IMG/VR virus record: IMGVR_UViG_3300025778_000009 | Source of the DNA: a virus | Taxonomy: Duplodnaviria; Heunggongvirae; Uroviricota; Caudoviricetes | Direction: 5' to 3' (one strand) | DNA length: 64,000 nucleotides | Part shown: positions 7,531 through 17,133 of the stretch, piece after piece | Layout: each line of letters opens with the position of its first letter | Numbering within the stretch: the stretch's first letter is position 1 | Made by a program: the position numbers and the translations under genes | Notes under the pieces: model-generated | What the model saw: the letters and a program-made list of their open reading frames with translations, nothing else | Told to the model about the DNA's origin: nothing | Databases searched by the model: none

Positions 7531-7588
7531 GCCCTAGTAGTCCAATTGGTAGAGGCGCCGGCTTCAAACTCCGGATGATGGGGGTTCG
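7531..7588 (+). pseudogene. 3'-truncated tRNA-Leu(CAA)
   Basis: D arm identical to the upstream Leu tRNA; breaks off after GGGGGTTCG; no acceptor 3' strand or CCA. Confidence 0.7.
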
Positions 7589-7775
7589 TTTCATGATCAT
7601 CTCCTAGTTGAAAGATCATAATAAATTCAATCATTCAATCAGTAATATAAACATGAAATAATGTATAAGACGATTTGAGTACTCGCGTGCCAATTCGTTG
7701 AACTCAAGCCCGAAAGGTGGAAAAAGACTTGATCTACTATCCTCGTCATGCCACCTTAACATTATACTTTTTATT

Positions 7776-7783
7776 TATAAATA
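7776..7783 (+). promoter_or_regulatory. T4-type late promoter
   Basis: TATAAATA 30 nt upstream of ATG 7814. Confidence 0.7.
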
Positions 7784-7813
7784 GTATTAAATATTTCATT
7801 TAGGTAATAATAT

Positions 7814-9085
7814 ATGTCAAGACCATACACAATTGTACCACTTTCTGGTCAAATAACTATGACCGATCTAGACAATGCATTTCATTTAGGTACAGATCTT
7901 GAAGCATATAGAGGTGTTCTCTATTTTAAACCTTCTGTTGATGACAATCCAAGGTATTTCCCTGCTAGCAATTTAGATATGGATATGTTCCATGGTACAT
8001 GGGCAGTTACTCCACCTTCAGTAATAAATTTAAATGGTGGTGAAGCAGGCACTTTTTATATTCCTATTTTTAGAAATTTTATTATTATTCAGGTATGGGG
8101 TGCTGGTGGTGTATCTAGCGACTTAGCTGGTGCAGGCGGCGGCGCTTTTAGACAATTTAATTATTGTTTAGATAGTAGAGCAAATTATATTAATGTTAAT
8201 TATGGAGACACATTTACATATAGAGTAGGAGTAAGTGTTAATGATCCTACAGGAGATTTAAAAAATTCTGTATGGAATGGTATTAAAGTATATGGCGGGG
8301 GATCAGCTTATTCTGTATATGGTGCAGGAGGGGCCGGCTGGAATTCTGCAGGCGGTATAGATAGTAGCAGAGGTTGGTTTCAATCACCTGGTGATCCACA
8401 AATAGAACAATATGGAAGCTTATCAAATAGTCCGTATAATGTACCTTCAGGTAGAGGTAGTGGTTACTATGATGGTAATTTAAGCCCGTTTGGAGGTGGG
8501 GGCGGCCAGTCTGGTCTAGATAAATGGAATGCTGGTCCTTCCGGAGGGTATGCAATATTCGGTGGCGGCGGTGGCGGACAAGCATGGGGCGGAAATAGTA
8601 AATACGGTGGTGCTGGTCGTGGTATGTTAAGAAACGGCTCATCACAATATGGCGGTCAAATAGGTCAAGTACCTGGTGGTGCAGACGCTAATGGTCTTAT
8701 TAAAATTTTTATAGATATTACTCCACCTTTAGACGCCACCAGCGATATGGTATTATACGGTGCACCTCCCGGAAATGATGCTCCCACAAGCGGAGGACCA
8801 TGGGCCAATGTGCCTAGTAATCCGGGTGCAATATCGTGGCCTCCACCTCCGCCACCACCCCCTCCTCCTCCTCCACCACCCCCTCCTGTTGGGGGTCCTG
8901 GAAGTAGTGGCGGAACGGATATTTTTAGTTTTTCTTTGGGTATTCCAAGTCTTGGACCTCCTCCACCACCACCACCACCTGGAGTACCGCCTCCGCCTGC
9001 TCCACCCCCTCCTCCTCCGCCACCCCCTCCTCCTCCTGCTCCACCACCACCTGATTATGGAAGCGGTGAAGGCGGCCACGGCTAA
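7814..9085 (+). CDS. Gly-rich protein with polyproline C-terminus, probably a virion protein
   Basis: VWGAGG...GGGG Gly-rich domain; long Pro runs; late promoter. Confidence 0.7.
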   Translation: MSRPYTIVPLSGQITMTDLDNAFHLGTDLEAYRGVLYFKPSVDDNPRYFPASNLDMDMFHGTWAVTPPSVINLNGGEAGTFYIPIFRNFIIIQVWGAGGVSSDLAGAGGGAFRQFNYCLDSRANYINVNYGDTFTYRVGVSVNDPTGDLKNSVWNGIKVYGGGSAYSVYGAGGAGWNSAGGIDSSRGWFQSPGDPQIEQYGSLSNSPYNVPSGRGSGYYDGNLSPFGGGGGQSGLDKWNAGPSGGYAIFGGGGGGQAWGGNSKYGGAGRGMLRNGSSQYGGQIGQVPGGADANGLIKIFIDITPPLDATSDMVLYGAPPGNDAPTSGGPWANVPSNPGAISWPPPPPPPPPPPPPPPPVGGPGSSGGTDIFSFSLGIPSLGPPPPPPPPGVPPPPAPPPPPPPPPPPPAPPPPDYGSGEGGHG

Positions 9086-9088
9086 TAA

Positions 9089-9117
9089 AAAACCGGGTAT
9101 AAAAAATACCCGGTTTT
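9089..9117. terminator. bidirectional terminator between convergent genes
   Basis: AAAACCGGGTAT-AAAAA-ATACCCGGTTTT. Confidence 0.75.
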
Positions 9118-9142
9118 AAATTTAATAATTTTTATTTTTATT

Positions 9143-9889
9143 TTACTTGTTAATATCTATATTTTTTATTTTTTCTGCATACAGCTCTACACTATGATCA
9201 TACAACCCATCAAACCACTGACCTTTAGACCATGATCTTTTATGAGCGCGCCATTTATCTTTAAAGCGCTGCCATTTAGAAAGATCACGAATATTACCAT
9301 AAAAGTTAATATAATGTAAATTGCCATGGTGTCTAAATCCTAGAGCTGATGGCGGAACTGTTGTTACCATGTCATTGCAATTTACAAATCTATGGTGATC
9401 TGTTTTAATGCCAGCAACATAATCATGGCTCCCTACTCTGGGACTACCATAAGTGTATAACCCAGCTACTTCATAACCTGCAAATTCTAATTCTTGTGTG
9501 ATATAAGTAGCCATTGCAGCACCCAGTGAATGGCCTGTTATCCATATTGTTCTTTTAGGATATTTTTTAACATAATCTAGCACTAAATCTAAAATTTTTC
9601 TTGCTTCTTTTCTAAATCCAGCATGAACAAAACCGTTACCGTGTCTTTTCGGAATAGTGTCAAGATCAGCTAATAAGTCGTTTACTTGAGTCGGTTGTGT
9701 CCCTCTACATGTAATAATAAGATCGTCTCTATTACATGCAGCATGTCCTTGTGCACCTTCATTATCAAAAAATACATAATTTTTTAAGTTGATTTCTTTA
9801 AAATTGTCGCTACAATCATCTTTATAGGCAGCTCCTGCTAATGTAGCAAAGAGATAGGCTCTTTCTAAAAATTTTAGATCTTGTATCAT
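9143..9889 (-). CDS. class 3 lipase (alpha/beta hydrolase)
   Basis: RGT, VHAGF, TGHSLGAA (GxSxG), TYGSPRVG, D.V..VPP, C-terminal DH. Confidence 0.88.
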   Translation of the reverse strand: MIQDLKFLERAYLFATLAGAAYKDDCSDNFKEINLKNYVFFDNEGAQGHAACNRDDLIITCRGTQPTQVNDLLADLDTIPKRHGNGFVHAGFRKEARKILDLVLDYVKKYPKRTIWITGHSLGAAMATYITQELEFAGYEVAGLYTYGSPRVGSHDYVAGIKTDHHRFVNCNDMVTTVPPSALGFRHHGNLHYINFYGNIRDLSKWQRFKDKWRAHKRSWSKGQWFDGLYDHSVELYAEKIKNIDINK

Positions 9890-9931
9890 TGCAGGTTCCC
9901 TTTATATAATATATAATAATAATATTAACCT

Positions 9932-9939
9932 TATTTATA
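9932..9939 (-). promoter_or_regulatory. late promoter for the lipase gene
   Basis: TATTTATA on + reads TATAAATA on -. Confidence 0.6.
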
Positions 9940-9949
9940 GGAGTGTACT

Positions 9950-10177
9950 ATGAAAATGTTACAAGACCAGTTAAACCAATTTATTGGACATGAATTCTCT
10001 TCAGTTAGCGATCAAATTAATAAACTTGCAGAAGAATATCACTTGCAAGTTTTACCATGGCCTGCTAATATAGGTATGGTAAGTGAAGATGCAGGCACAC
10101 TTATAGTTCACATTAATAATGATATAGAAGATATTATTGTTAATTTTAAAATAATTGATGTGGATGCAAATAATTAA
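9950..10177 (+). CDS. hypothetical protein
   Basis: ORF with AGGAG RBS. Confidence 0.65.
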   Translation: MKMLQDQLNQFIGHEFSSVSDQINKLAEEYHLQVLPWPANIGMVSEDAGTLIVHINNDIEDIIVNFKIIDVDANN

Positions 10178-10202
10178 TAATTTAAACAACTTATAAATTA
10201 AC

Positions 10203-10292
10203 GGAGAGTTGGCTGAGTGGCCGAAAGCACTCGTTTGCTAAATGAGCGAACCAGAAATGGTTCCGTGGGTTCGAATCCCACACTCTCCGCCA
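10203..10292 (+). tRNA. tRNA-Ser(GCT)
   Basis: CTCGT-TTGCTAA-ATGAG; long variable arm; GCCA end. Confidence 0.95.
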
Positions 10293-10306
10293 TAATAAAT
10301 AGAAGT

Positions 10307-11050
10307 ATGCAATACAAATCTATCTTTATTTCTGACATTCACTTAGGTACTAAGATGAGTCAAGCCGATAAGGTTATTGACTTTTTGAAAAACACTGAGT
10401 CAGAGAATTTATTTCTTGTAGGTGATATTATTGATGGATGGGCTTTGCATAAGAACTTCTACTGGCCACAAGAACACAATGATGTTGTTCAAAAAATTCT
10501 CCGTAAAGCACGTAAAGGTACTAACGTAGTTTATCTACCTGGTAACCACGATGAGTTCTTAAGATCTTTTGGATTACATTCATTTGGTAATATCGCACTC
10601 AAAATGTCAGATCTTTATACTGGTATTGATGGTAAGAAGTATTATATCTGTCATGGCGATCAATTTGATATTGTAATTAAAAATGCAAAATGGTTAGCCC
10701 ATATTGGTAGTTGGGCTTATGACATGGTAATGTATCTAAACATTGCATTTAATTTTTGCAGAAGAATGTTGGGTCTTAAACCTTGGTCACTAAGTGCATG
10801 GGCCAAGTATAAAGTTAAACAAGCTGTAAGTTTTATTTCTCTTTACGAAGAGAATCTTTCTAACTATGGTAAAAGTATTAAAGCAGATGGTATGATTTGT
10901 GGTCACATCCATCATGCTAATATCAGAGATATTGATAGTCTTCAATATATGAATTGCGGTGATTGGGTAGAGAGTTGTACTGCCCTTGTTGAACACTTAG
11001 ATGGTAAGTGGGAAATTATACGATGGAACGAACAAGACTCTGCATCGTAA
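10307..11050 (+). CDS. plcP: PlcP/LpxH-like metallophosphoesterase (phospholipase C)
   Basis: SDIHLG, GDIIDGW, WPQEHNDVVQKILRKARKG, GNHDE, HGDQFD, CGHIH, GDWVES; start moved to ATG 10307, after the tRNA. Confidence 0.75.
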   Translation: MQYKSIFISDIHLGTKMSQADKVIDFLKNTESENLFLVGDIIDGWALHKNFYWPQEHNDVVQKILRKARKGTNVVYLPGNHDEFLRSFGLHSFGNIALKMSDLYTGIDGKKYYICHGDQFDIVIKNAKWLAHIGSWAYDMVMYLNIAFNFCRRMLGLKPWSLSAWAKYKVKQAVSFISLYEENLSNYGKSIKADGMICGHIHHANIRDIDSLQYMNCGDWVESCTALVEHLDGKWEIIRWNEQDSAS

Positions 11051-12051
11051 CAGATGCCTGGCTACCACAAGTAAATGGTGTAGTCACTACCCTAACTAAT
11101 TTAGTAGAACAAGCAGAAAAAGATAACTGGGAAGTGTTGGTAATTCATCCTGGTTTGTTTAAAAATATATCTGCGCCTGGATATCCTGAAGTTAAACTAT
11201 CCTGGCCTCGAGGATTAAAAAAAATGATAAGGGGTTTTTCTCCTCATCATTTACATATTGCTACAGAAGGTCCTTTAGGTTTAGCAGCACGAATTTCTTT
11301 CCGTAAAATTACTTTTACTACTGCATATCACACTAACTGGCCTCAATTTCTTAAAAATATTCTTAAAATATCACCGTCTATTACATGGAAATTTATAAAA
11401 TGGTTTCATTCTAATTGCAAGGTAATGGTGCCTACTAAAGGTATTAAAGAAGAACTTGAGAAACATAATATTGGTAAGTCTGTAGTTTTGTTTAGTAGAG
11501 GTGTTAATCTTACTAATCTAAAACCTACAATTAAACATATACCTTCAGATAGAAAAATTAAGTTACTTTGTGTTAGTAGAATTAGTAAAGAAAAAAACTT
11601 AGATGCATATTGTAGTTTAAATCCAAAGTTATATGAATTAGTATTAGTAGGTGATGGTCCATATAAAGAAGAACTTATAAAGAAATATCCTTGGGTATAT
11701 TTTACTGGTACATTAAAAGGTACTGATCTTGCTAATGAATATGTTAATGCTGAATGTTTTGTTTTTCCTTCTTTAACAGATACATTTGGTTTAGTAATGA
11801 TAGAAGCTCAATGTTTAGGAACACCAGTTGCTGCTTTTCCTGTGAATGGCCCTATGGATGTTATTTTACCTGAAACAGGTTTTATGCATGAAGATATAAA
11901 AATAGCAATAGATAAGGCTATGTTCCTTAACAGAACAAAATGCATGAATATTGCACGTGATAAATATAATTGGACTTCCGCTTGGAGACAATTCAAAGGT
12001 CATTTAATTGACCATGAAGATGATAATGATCCTATATTTTTTTTAACATGA
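11023..12051 (+). CDS. GT4 glycosyltransferase, Agt-like (diacylglycerol glycosyltransferase)
   Basis: IVTDAWLPQVNGVV.TL, HIATEGPLG, SRISKEKN, FVFPSLTDTFGLVMIEA; directly follows plcP. Confidence 0.8.
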   Translation: MERTRLCIVTDAWLPQVNGVVTTLTNLVEQAEKDNWEVLVIHPGLFKNISAPGYPEVKLSWPRGLKKMIRGFSPHHLHIATEGPLGLAARISFRKITFTTAYHTNWPQFLKNILKISPSITWKFIKWFHSNCKVMVPTKGIKEELEKHNIGKSVVLFSRGVNLTNLKPTIKHIPSDRKIKLLCVSRISKEKNLDAYCSLNPKLYELVLVGDGPYKEELIKKYPWVYFTGTLKGTDLANEYVNAECFVFPSLTDTFGLVMIEAQCLGTPVAAFPVNGPMDVILPETGFMHEDIKIAIDKAMFLNRTKCMNIARDKYNWTSAWRQFKGHLIDHEDDNDPIFFLT

Positions 12052-12059
12052 GGTATACA

Positions 12060-12860
12060 ATGAAAAAGTTTCTACTTTCCCTTTTATTTTTAATTCCTAC
12101 ATTAGCTTTTGCTGCAGACCAGCAACCTCCAAAAGACATTAAGACATGTGCAGTGCAGATGCCTTACGGTCAGCCTTCTACAAAGGCAAATGATCCGGTT
12201 ATCTGCCGTACTGCATATGTTTTAGAGCACGACTCATTAGCAAAAATTCCAGTTTGGGTAGTCTGGACCTTGACTCCAGAACACGCAATCGGGTGTGTTG
12301 CTCGTACTAATGCTTTTGCTGCTGATCAATCACTTCCTGCTACTGCTCGTTCAACTCCTGCTGATTATGCAGCATCTGGTTATGATCAAGGACATTTAGC
12401 AAACGATGCTGATATGTCATGGGATGATCAAGTTGAGCATGAGTCATTCTACATGTCTAATATGTCACCACAGCTCCCTAACGTTAACCGTGGTACTTGG
12501 AAGAGCCTTGAATCAGCTGCTCGTGCATGGGTATATCAGACTAAGCATGCTCATACAATATATGCCGGTAATATCTTTGCTACTTCTACAAAGACAATCG
12601 GGCCAGATAAAGTATTTGTACCAACTGATCTTTATAAGATTGTAATTGACGACGTAACTAAAAAGTCTTATGCTTTTATTATTCCTAATAAAGAAGGTAT
12701 TGATGCAGACTTTACTAAGTTCCAAGTTACAGTCGCTGACGTAGAAAAAGTTTCTGGTGTTACTTTCCCTGTACCAGATGCAAAGAATGTAAAGAACCCT
12801 TTAATAGTTGCAGATCTTAAGACAATTGCTGCAGATAAAAAGAAGCAATGTAAAGAATGA
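12060..12860 (+). CDS. exported DNA/RNA non-specific endonuclease (NucA/EndA family)
   Basis: Signal peptide; GYDQGHLA; SNMSPQ...NRGTW..LE. Confidence 0.88.
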   Translation: MKKFLLSLLFLIPTLAFAADQQPPKDIKTCAVQMPYGQPSTKANDPVICRTAYVLEHDSLAKIPVWVVWTLTPEHAIGCVARTNAFAADQSLPATARSTPADYAASGYDQGHLANDADMSWDDQVEHESFYMSNMSPQLPNVNRGTWKSLESAARAWVYQTKHAHTIYAGNIFATSTKTIGPDKVFVPTDLYKIVIDDVTKKSYAFIIPNKEGIDADFTKFQVTVADVEKVSGVTFPVPDAKNVKNPLIVADLKTIAADKKKQCKE

Positions 12861-12908
12861 TAGAAAAAATAGGTTGCTTTAATTAGCAACCTATACTATT
12901 ATTTTAAT

Positions 12909-13196
12909 ATGAGCAACATTGATAATTATGTAAGACGTTTATGGCTCGCTTATCGAGCATATCACGACGTATCGTGTCGTAACGGTTCAGACGGTGACGA
13001 GTACGCTACCGCCTGTACTAACGGTTACTTAGAATACCTTCATAATCTTACTAAAGCAGAAGATTCTGTATATGACTGGGGTGACTGGTCAGATGCTATA
13101 GAGAATCATGTTCGTATTTTAGTAGGGTTTATTGAATGTTACGATAGGCCAGTTAAAAGAGATAAAATAGTTAGTAAGACCAGATGGTCTGTATGA
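12909..13196 (+). CDS. hypothetical protein
   Basis: ORF track. Confidence 0.6.
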   Translation: MSNIDNYVRRLWLAYRAYHDVSCRNGSDGDEYATACTNGYLEYLHNLTKAEDSVYDWGDWSDAIENHVRILVGFIECYDRPVKRDKIVSKTRWSV

Positions 13197-13211
13197 TTAG
13201 GAGATTATAAA

Positions 13212-13976
13212 ATGGGTATTGCGGTTGCTGAACTAGAATTTCTAATTCGTATTAAAGACCACATTCGAGGTGATGCATTACAACTAGGCCGTCAAGGTAT
13301 GCATATTGTTTTTAGGCAAGACATTTTTAATGCTGCTTATGAAACATTTAAGCGATATTTTCCGGATGGTAATATAGAAGACATTCTTGCTACTCGCCCA
13401 CATGCAGATGCTTTGTTTACGTATCTAGGTGCCTCTACAGTAGAGAGTTTAGACTACTCTCCTTTTGAAGAAGCAACTATCATTCATGACTTAAATAACC
13501 CAGTTCCTCCAGAACTACAAAATCGTTTTGATTTTATCTATGATGGTGGTACAATCGAGCATGTTTATGATATTAAAACTACAATGGAAAACATTAAGAA
13601 GATGCTTCGTGTAGGCGGTATTTTTGCTGGTCTTTCTGTTGCTGATGGTTGTTTAGGACACGGGTTCTATCAATTTAGTCCAGAACTTTATAGAACAGTA
13701 TTCTCAGAAGAGAACGGCTATAAAATTCTTTCTTATGAATTGGTTGATATCACAGATTTTGGTGCTAAATTTGTACCTCTAGAAACACCCCCAAGAGGTC
13801 AGAGACAAGAATTTAGACTACAATCTGCTGTATCAGTAAATAATGGATTCGTAATTCAAAAAGTGCGCGATATTGATGTTACCCCAGAATATCAACAAAG
13901 CGATTATGTTGCTAACTGGGATCATTACAATAGTCGTGTAAATCAAAATCCAAACGTATTTGTTTATCGTACTTAA
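13212..13976 (+). CDS. class I SAM-dependent methyltransferase-like protein
   Basis: LQLGRQ, FDFIYDGGTIEHV, LRVGG, HGFYQFSPEL. Confidence 0.65.
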   Translation: MGIAVAELEFLIRIKDHIRGDALQLGRQGMHIVFRQDIFNAAYETFKRYFPDGNIEDILATRPHADALFTYLGASTVESLDYSPFEEATIIHDLNNPVPPELQNRFDFIYDGGTIEHVYDIKTTMENIKKMLRVGGIFAGLSVADGCLGHGFYQFSPELYRTVFSEENGYKILSYELVDITDFGAKFVPLETPPRGQRQEFRLQSAVSVNNGFVIQKVRDIDVTPEYQQSDYVANWDHYNSRVNQNPNVFVYRT

Positions 13977-13988
13977 CAGGAGACATAA

Positions 13989-14078
13989 ATGATCAAGCGT
14001 TACGACCTTATTCTTAAGAAGTGGCTTGTTGGTTATTGGATTGGTTCTACTTTTAAGATAGTTGCTGCTATAGATTAA
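13989..14078 (+). CDS. 29-aa small protein (MIKRYDLILKKWLVGYWIGSTFKIVAAID)
   Basis: AGGAGA RBS; fills the gap between two genes; below the ORF-track cutoff. Confidence 0.55.
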   Translation: MIKRYDLILKKWLVGYWIGSTFKIVAAID

Positions 14079-14079
14079 T

Positions 14080-14868
14080 ATGAAAAGAATACTATTAGTA
14101 GGTAAAAATAGCTTTATATGTAAACAGCTACTAATAGATCTTAGTATGGTAAATTATGTCGATTGTATATCATTTCACAATTTAGGTGATGTGGTATACA
14201 ACGACTATGATTATATTATTAACTGTGCTATACATCCCGATTATAGAAGTCAACCTTACTCTTACAATAATGATATAGACCTGAAAATATCTAGAAAATT
14301 TTCAGGCTATTTTATTATGTTTAGTTCCCGTAAAGTTTACGGTTCTAATAATGATCTTTTATATTATACAGAAGACTCACCTATAAACCCTAACGATCAC
14401 TATGGGTTAAATAAATCTTTTACGGAAAATACTATTAAGAGTGAGCGCAATAAGAATATTATTCTTAGAGCATCAAACGTGTTTGGTTTGGAATATCAGA
14501 GAAAATCTTATATGGGATTTTTAATGAATCAGTTAAAAGATAGTGGTAATATCGAGATAGATGTGAGCCCGTATACTATTAGAGATTTTATTTGTGTACA
14601 AGATGTTTCTAAAATAGTTAATTTAATTGTTGAAAAAGAAATAGAAGGTACTTATAATTTAAGTTCTGGTTACGGTGAAATGGTAGGTTCTACTGCTGAG
14701 TATCTTATAAAAGGATATGGAAGAGGCAACCTCGTTTCTAAATCAAAAGAACGAAGAGATCAATTTATTTTAGATAATAAAAAACTTTTAACTGCTTTAA
14801 ACGTAGATATTGAATTTAATATTAAAGATCAAATGATGAATTTAGGTGAACAATTATGCAAGATATGA
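14080..14868 (+). CDS. NAD-dependent sugar epimerase/reductase (extended SDR)
   Basis: GKNSFI, SSRKVYG, YGLNK (YxxxK), RDFI. Confidence 0.75.
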   Translation: MKRILLVGKNSFICKQLLIDLSMVNYVDCISFHNLGDVVYNDYDYIINCAIHPDYRSQPYSYNNDIDLKISRKFSGYFIMFSSRKVYGSNNDLLYYTEDSPINPNDHYGLNKSFTENTIKSERNKNIILRASNVFGLEYQRKSYMGFLMNQLKDSGNIEIDVSPYTIRDFICVQDVSKIVNLIVEKEIEGTYNLSSGYGEMVGSTAEYLIKGYGRGNLVSKSKERRDQFILDNKKLLTALNVDIEFNIKDQMMNLGEQLCKI

Positions 14869-15704
14869 TTATTAGTGCTATTAGCGATTATAAAAAAGAT
14901 AATTTGAAATACTGGGTTAACTCTATTAATCGTTCTGGTTTTAATGGTCGTAGGGTTATGGTTGTTCATAATATTTTAGACGAGACATTAGAATATCTTG
15001 ATTCAGAAGGTTTTGAAGTTCTACTTACGTCTGATGTACGTAATAAAAATAACAATGGGTTTCATTTTGCTGATAACTATGGTAATCGTGTTACAGTTTC
15101 TCGTCATTGGTATAACTGGAAATTTTTAAAAGATCAAACTGATGTTCGTTTTGTGATATCGTGTGATATTGATATTATTTTTCAATCTAATCCATCTGAA
15201 TGGTTAGAAGAAAATCTAGGTGATAAAAAATTAAATTATGGGTGCGAGGCTTTGCTTTACAAAGATGAGCCATGGGGTAATGATAATTTAATGCGTTGCT
15301 TTGGTCCTGAGATACACGAAACAATGAAAAATAATCCAATCTATAATGCAGGCTCAATGGCTGGTGAATGTAAAACACTTGCTGATTTTTCTTTGAATGT
15401 ATTTAAAACTATTGAACGTATTCCTAATGATGTTCCAGATCAAGCTGGTGTTAATTTTCTTTTGAATCTTGAACCATATAAATCAATTACTAAATTTAAT
15501 GATCATGATACTAATTGGGCATGTCAGTTAGGCACAACAGCCAATCCTCAAAAGATAGGTCATTTCCGTCCTAACTTATTGAGCTCGGAACCAGTGTTTG
15601 ATGGACATTATATATACAATAGTAAGGGTGAAAAATATTGTTTAGCTCATCAATATAATAAAGTGCCTGAATGGCAAGCTAAACTAGAACAAATTTATGG
15701 ATGA
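14856..15704 (+). CDS. GT-A fold glycosyltransferase-like protein
   Basis: DxD motif CDID, IFQSNP, NAG, DQAGVN, HQY. Confidence 0.65.
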   Translation: MQDMIISAISDYKKDNLKYWVNSINRSGFNGRRVMVVHNILDETLEYLDSEGFEVLLTSDVRNKNNNGFHFADNYGNRVTVSRHWYNWKFLKDQTDVRFVISCDIDIIFQSNPSEWLEENLGDKKLNYGCEALLYKDEPWGNDNLMRCFGPEIHETMKNNPIYNAGSMAGECKTLADFSLNVFKTIERIPNDVPDQAGVNFLLNLEPYKSITKFNDHDTNWACQLGTTANPQKIGHFRPNLLSSEPVFDGHYIYNSKGEKYCLAHQYNKVPEWQAKLEQIYG

Positions 15705-15710
15705 TTTATT

Positions 15711-16661
15711 ATGATTATTGTGACCGGGGCTGCTGGGTTTATTGGCAGCAATTTTGTAAAATATCTAATTAATAAAACCTCAGAACAAATTGCCGTTGTA
15801 GATAACCTTACCTATGCATCTGCATTAGGATTTAAGGATATTGTCAACCTCCCTATTCTTTTATATCGTTTAAATATTATTCATTATGATGCACTTGAGC
15901 CGCTATTCAAAAATAATCAAATTACTGCAGTTATTCATTTTGCAGCCGAAAGTCATGTTGATAATTCTATTGCTAATTGTCAACCTTTTATTGATACTAA
16001 TATAACAGGTACAGTTAATCTTCTTAAGCTGGCTGTTAAATATAAAGTTTTAAGATTTCTGCATGTATCTACCGATGAAGTTTTTGGTCAAATTATAGAC
16101 GGTAAATTTGATGAGTCTTGGGCTCTTCAACCAAGAAATCCTTATTCAGCTTCTAAGGCTGCAGCAGAACATTTTGTAGAAGCATTTCATAACACATATG
16201 GTCTTAATACCACTATTGTTAATTGCTCTAACAATTATGGACCAAATCAATTTCCAGAAAAGCTTATTCCATTAACTATTAATAATCTTCTTAAGGGTAA
16301 GAAGATACCTGTATACGGTACTGGGCAACAAGTACGTGATTGGCTTTTTGTAGAAGATTGCTGTGAAGCAATCTTTAAGGTATACGAGCATTCAATGTCA
16401 GAATATGGGTGGGCACAGGATAGATTTTGTATTGGCGGTGATAATGAAATTGCTAATATTGATCTTATTAAGAAGATTATCTCTATTATGGGTATGTCAG
16501 AAGAATCTATAGAATATGTTAAAGATAGACCTGGGCATGATTATCGCTATGCAACTAGTATTGAAAAAATTAAAAAAGAGTTGAAATGGGAACCTAAAAC
16601 TTCTCTTGATGATGGATTAAAAATTACAATTGATAGGATTAAAAATGAAAATAGGATTTAA
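15711..16661 (+). CDS. rfbB: dTDP-glucose 4,6-dehydratase
   Basis: TGAAGFIG, HFAAESHVD, STDEV, YSASK, NNYGP.QFPEK, DRPGHD. Confidence 0.93.
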   Translation: MIIVTGAAGFIGSNFVKYLINKTSEQIAVVDNLTYASALGFKDIVNLPILLYRLNIIHYDALEPLFKNNQITAVIHFAAESHVDNSIANCQPFIDTNITGTVNLLKLAVKYKVLRFLHVSTDEVFGQIIDGKFDESWALQPRNPYSASKAAAEHFVEAFHNTYGLNTTIVNCSNNYGPNQFPEKLIPLTINNLLKGKKIPVYGTGQQVRDWLFVEDCCEAIFKVYEHSMSEYGWAQDRFCIGGDNEIANIDLIKKIISIMGMSEESIEYVKDRPGHDYRYATSIEKIKKELKWEPKTSLDDGLKITIDRIKNENRI

Positions 16662-17133
16662 CTGTTCTTCTTTTGATTTATTCCATGCTGGGCATGTCGC
16701 CATGCTTAAAATGGAAAAAGAGATGTGTGATTATTTAAAAGTAGCTCTTCAGGTAGATCCTTCTATTGATCGTCCTGGAATTAAAAATAAACCAGTTCAG
16801 TCAATGTACGAAAGATACATTCAATTACAAGCCTGTAAATACGTAGATGAAATTCTTTTGTATGATACGGAAGATGATCTCCTTAATCTAATTAAAAGTC
16901 AGACAATGCATATCCGGTTCTTAAGTGAAGAGTATAAGAACCGTGATTTTACTGGTAAAGAGTATTGTTTGAATAATGGTATTGAGATTCATTATCATCT
17001 TCGCCAACATAATTTTAGCTCTACTGAATTACGTGATAGAATTTATCAAATGGAATTACAAAAAAGATCAGAAAAATTTGAAAGTCCTATTCCACCACAT
17101 TCATTAGAATTGTTGAAGAAGGTTAAAAAATGA
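16645..17133 (+). CDS. tagD: second glycerol-3-phosphate cytidylyltransferase-like protein
   Basis: FDLFHAGH, KYVDE, RQHNFSSTELR; paralog of 3068..3490. Confidence 0.8.
   Translation: MKIGFNCSSFDLFHAGHVAMLKMEKEMCDYLKVALQVDPSIDRPGIKNKPVQSMYERYIQLQACKYVDEILLYDTEDDLLNLIKSQTMHIRFLSEEYKNRDFTGKEYCLNNGIEIHYHLRQHNFSSTELRDRIYQMELQKRSEKFESPIPPHSLELLKKVKK

Noticed and set aside
7531-7588. Opal suppressor or Sec tRNA (TCA), implying recoding
   Set aside because: Alignment with the adjacent Leu tRNA puts CAA at 34-36, the gene is truncated, and TGA/TAG act as normal stops throughout.
7740-7750. glmS ribozyme (TGACGAGG on the minus strand)
   Set aside because: The rest of the conserved core, including the AGCGCC cleavage-site segment, is absent.
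10217-10306. N-terminal extension of the PlcP-like ORF
   Set aside because: It is read through tRNA-Ser; ATG 10307 is the credible start.
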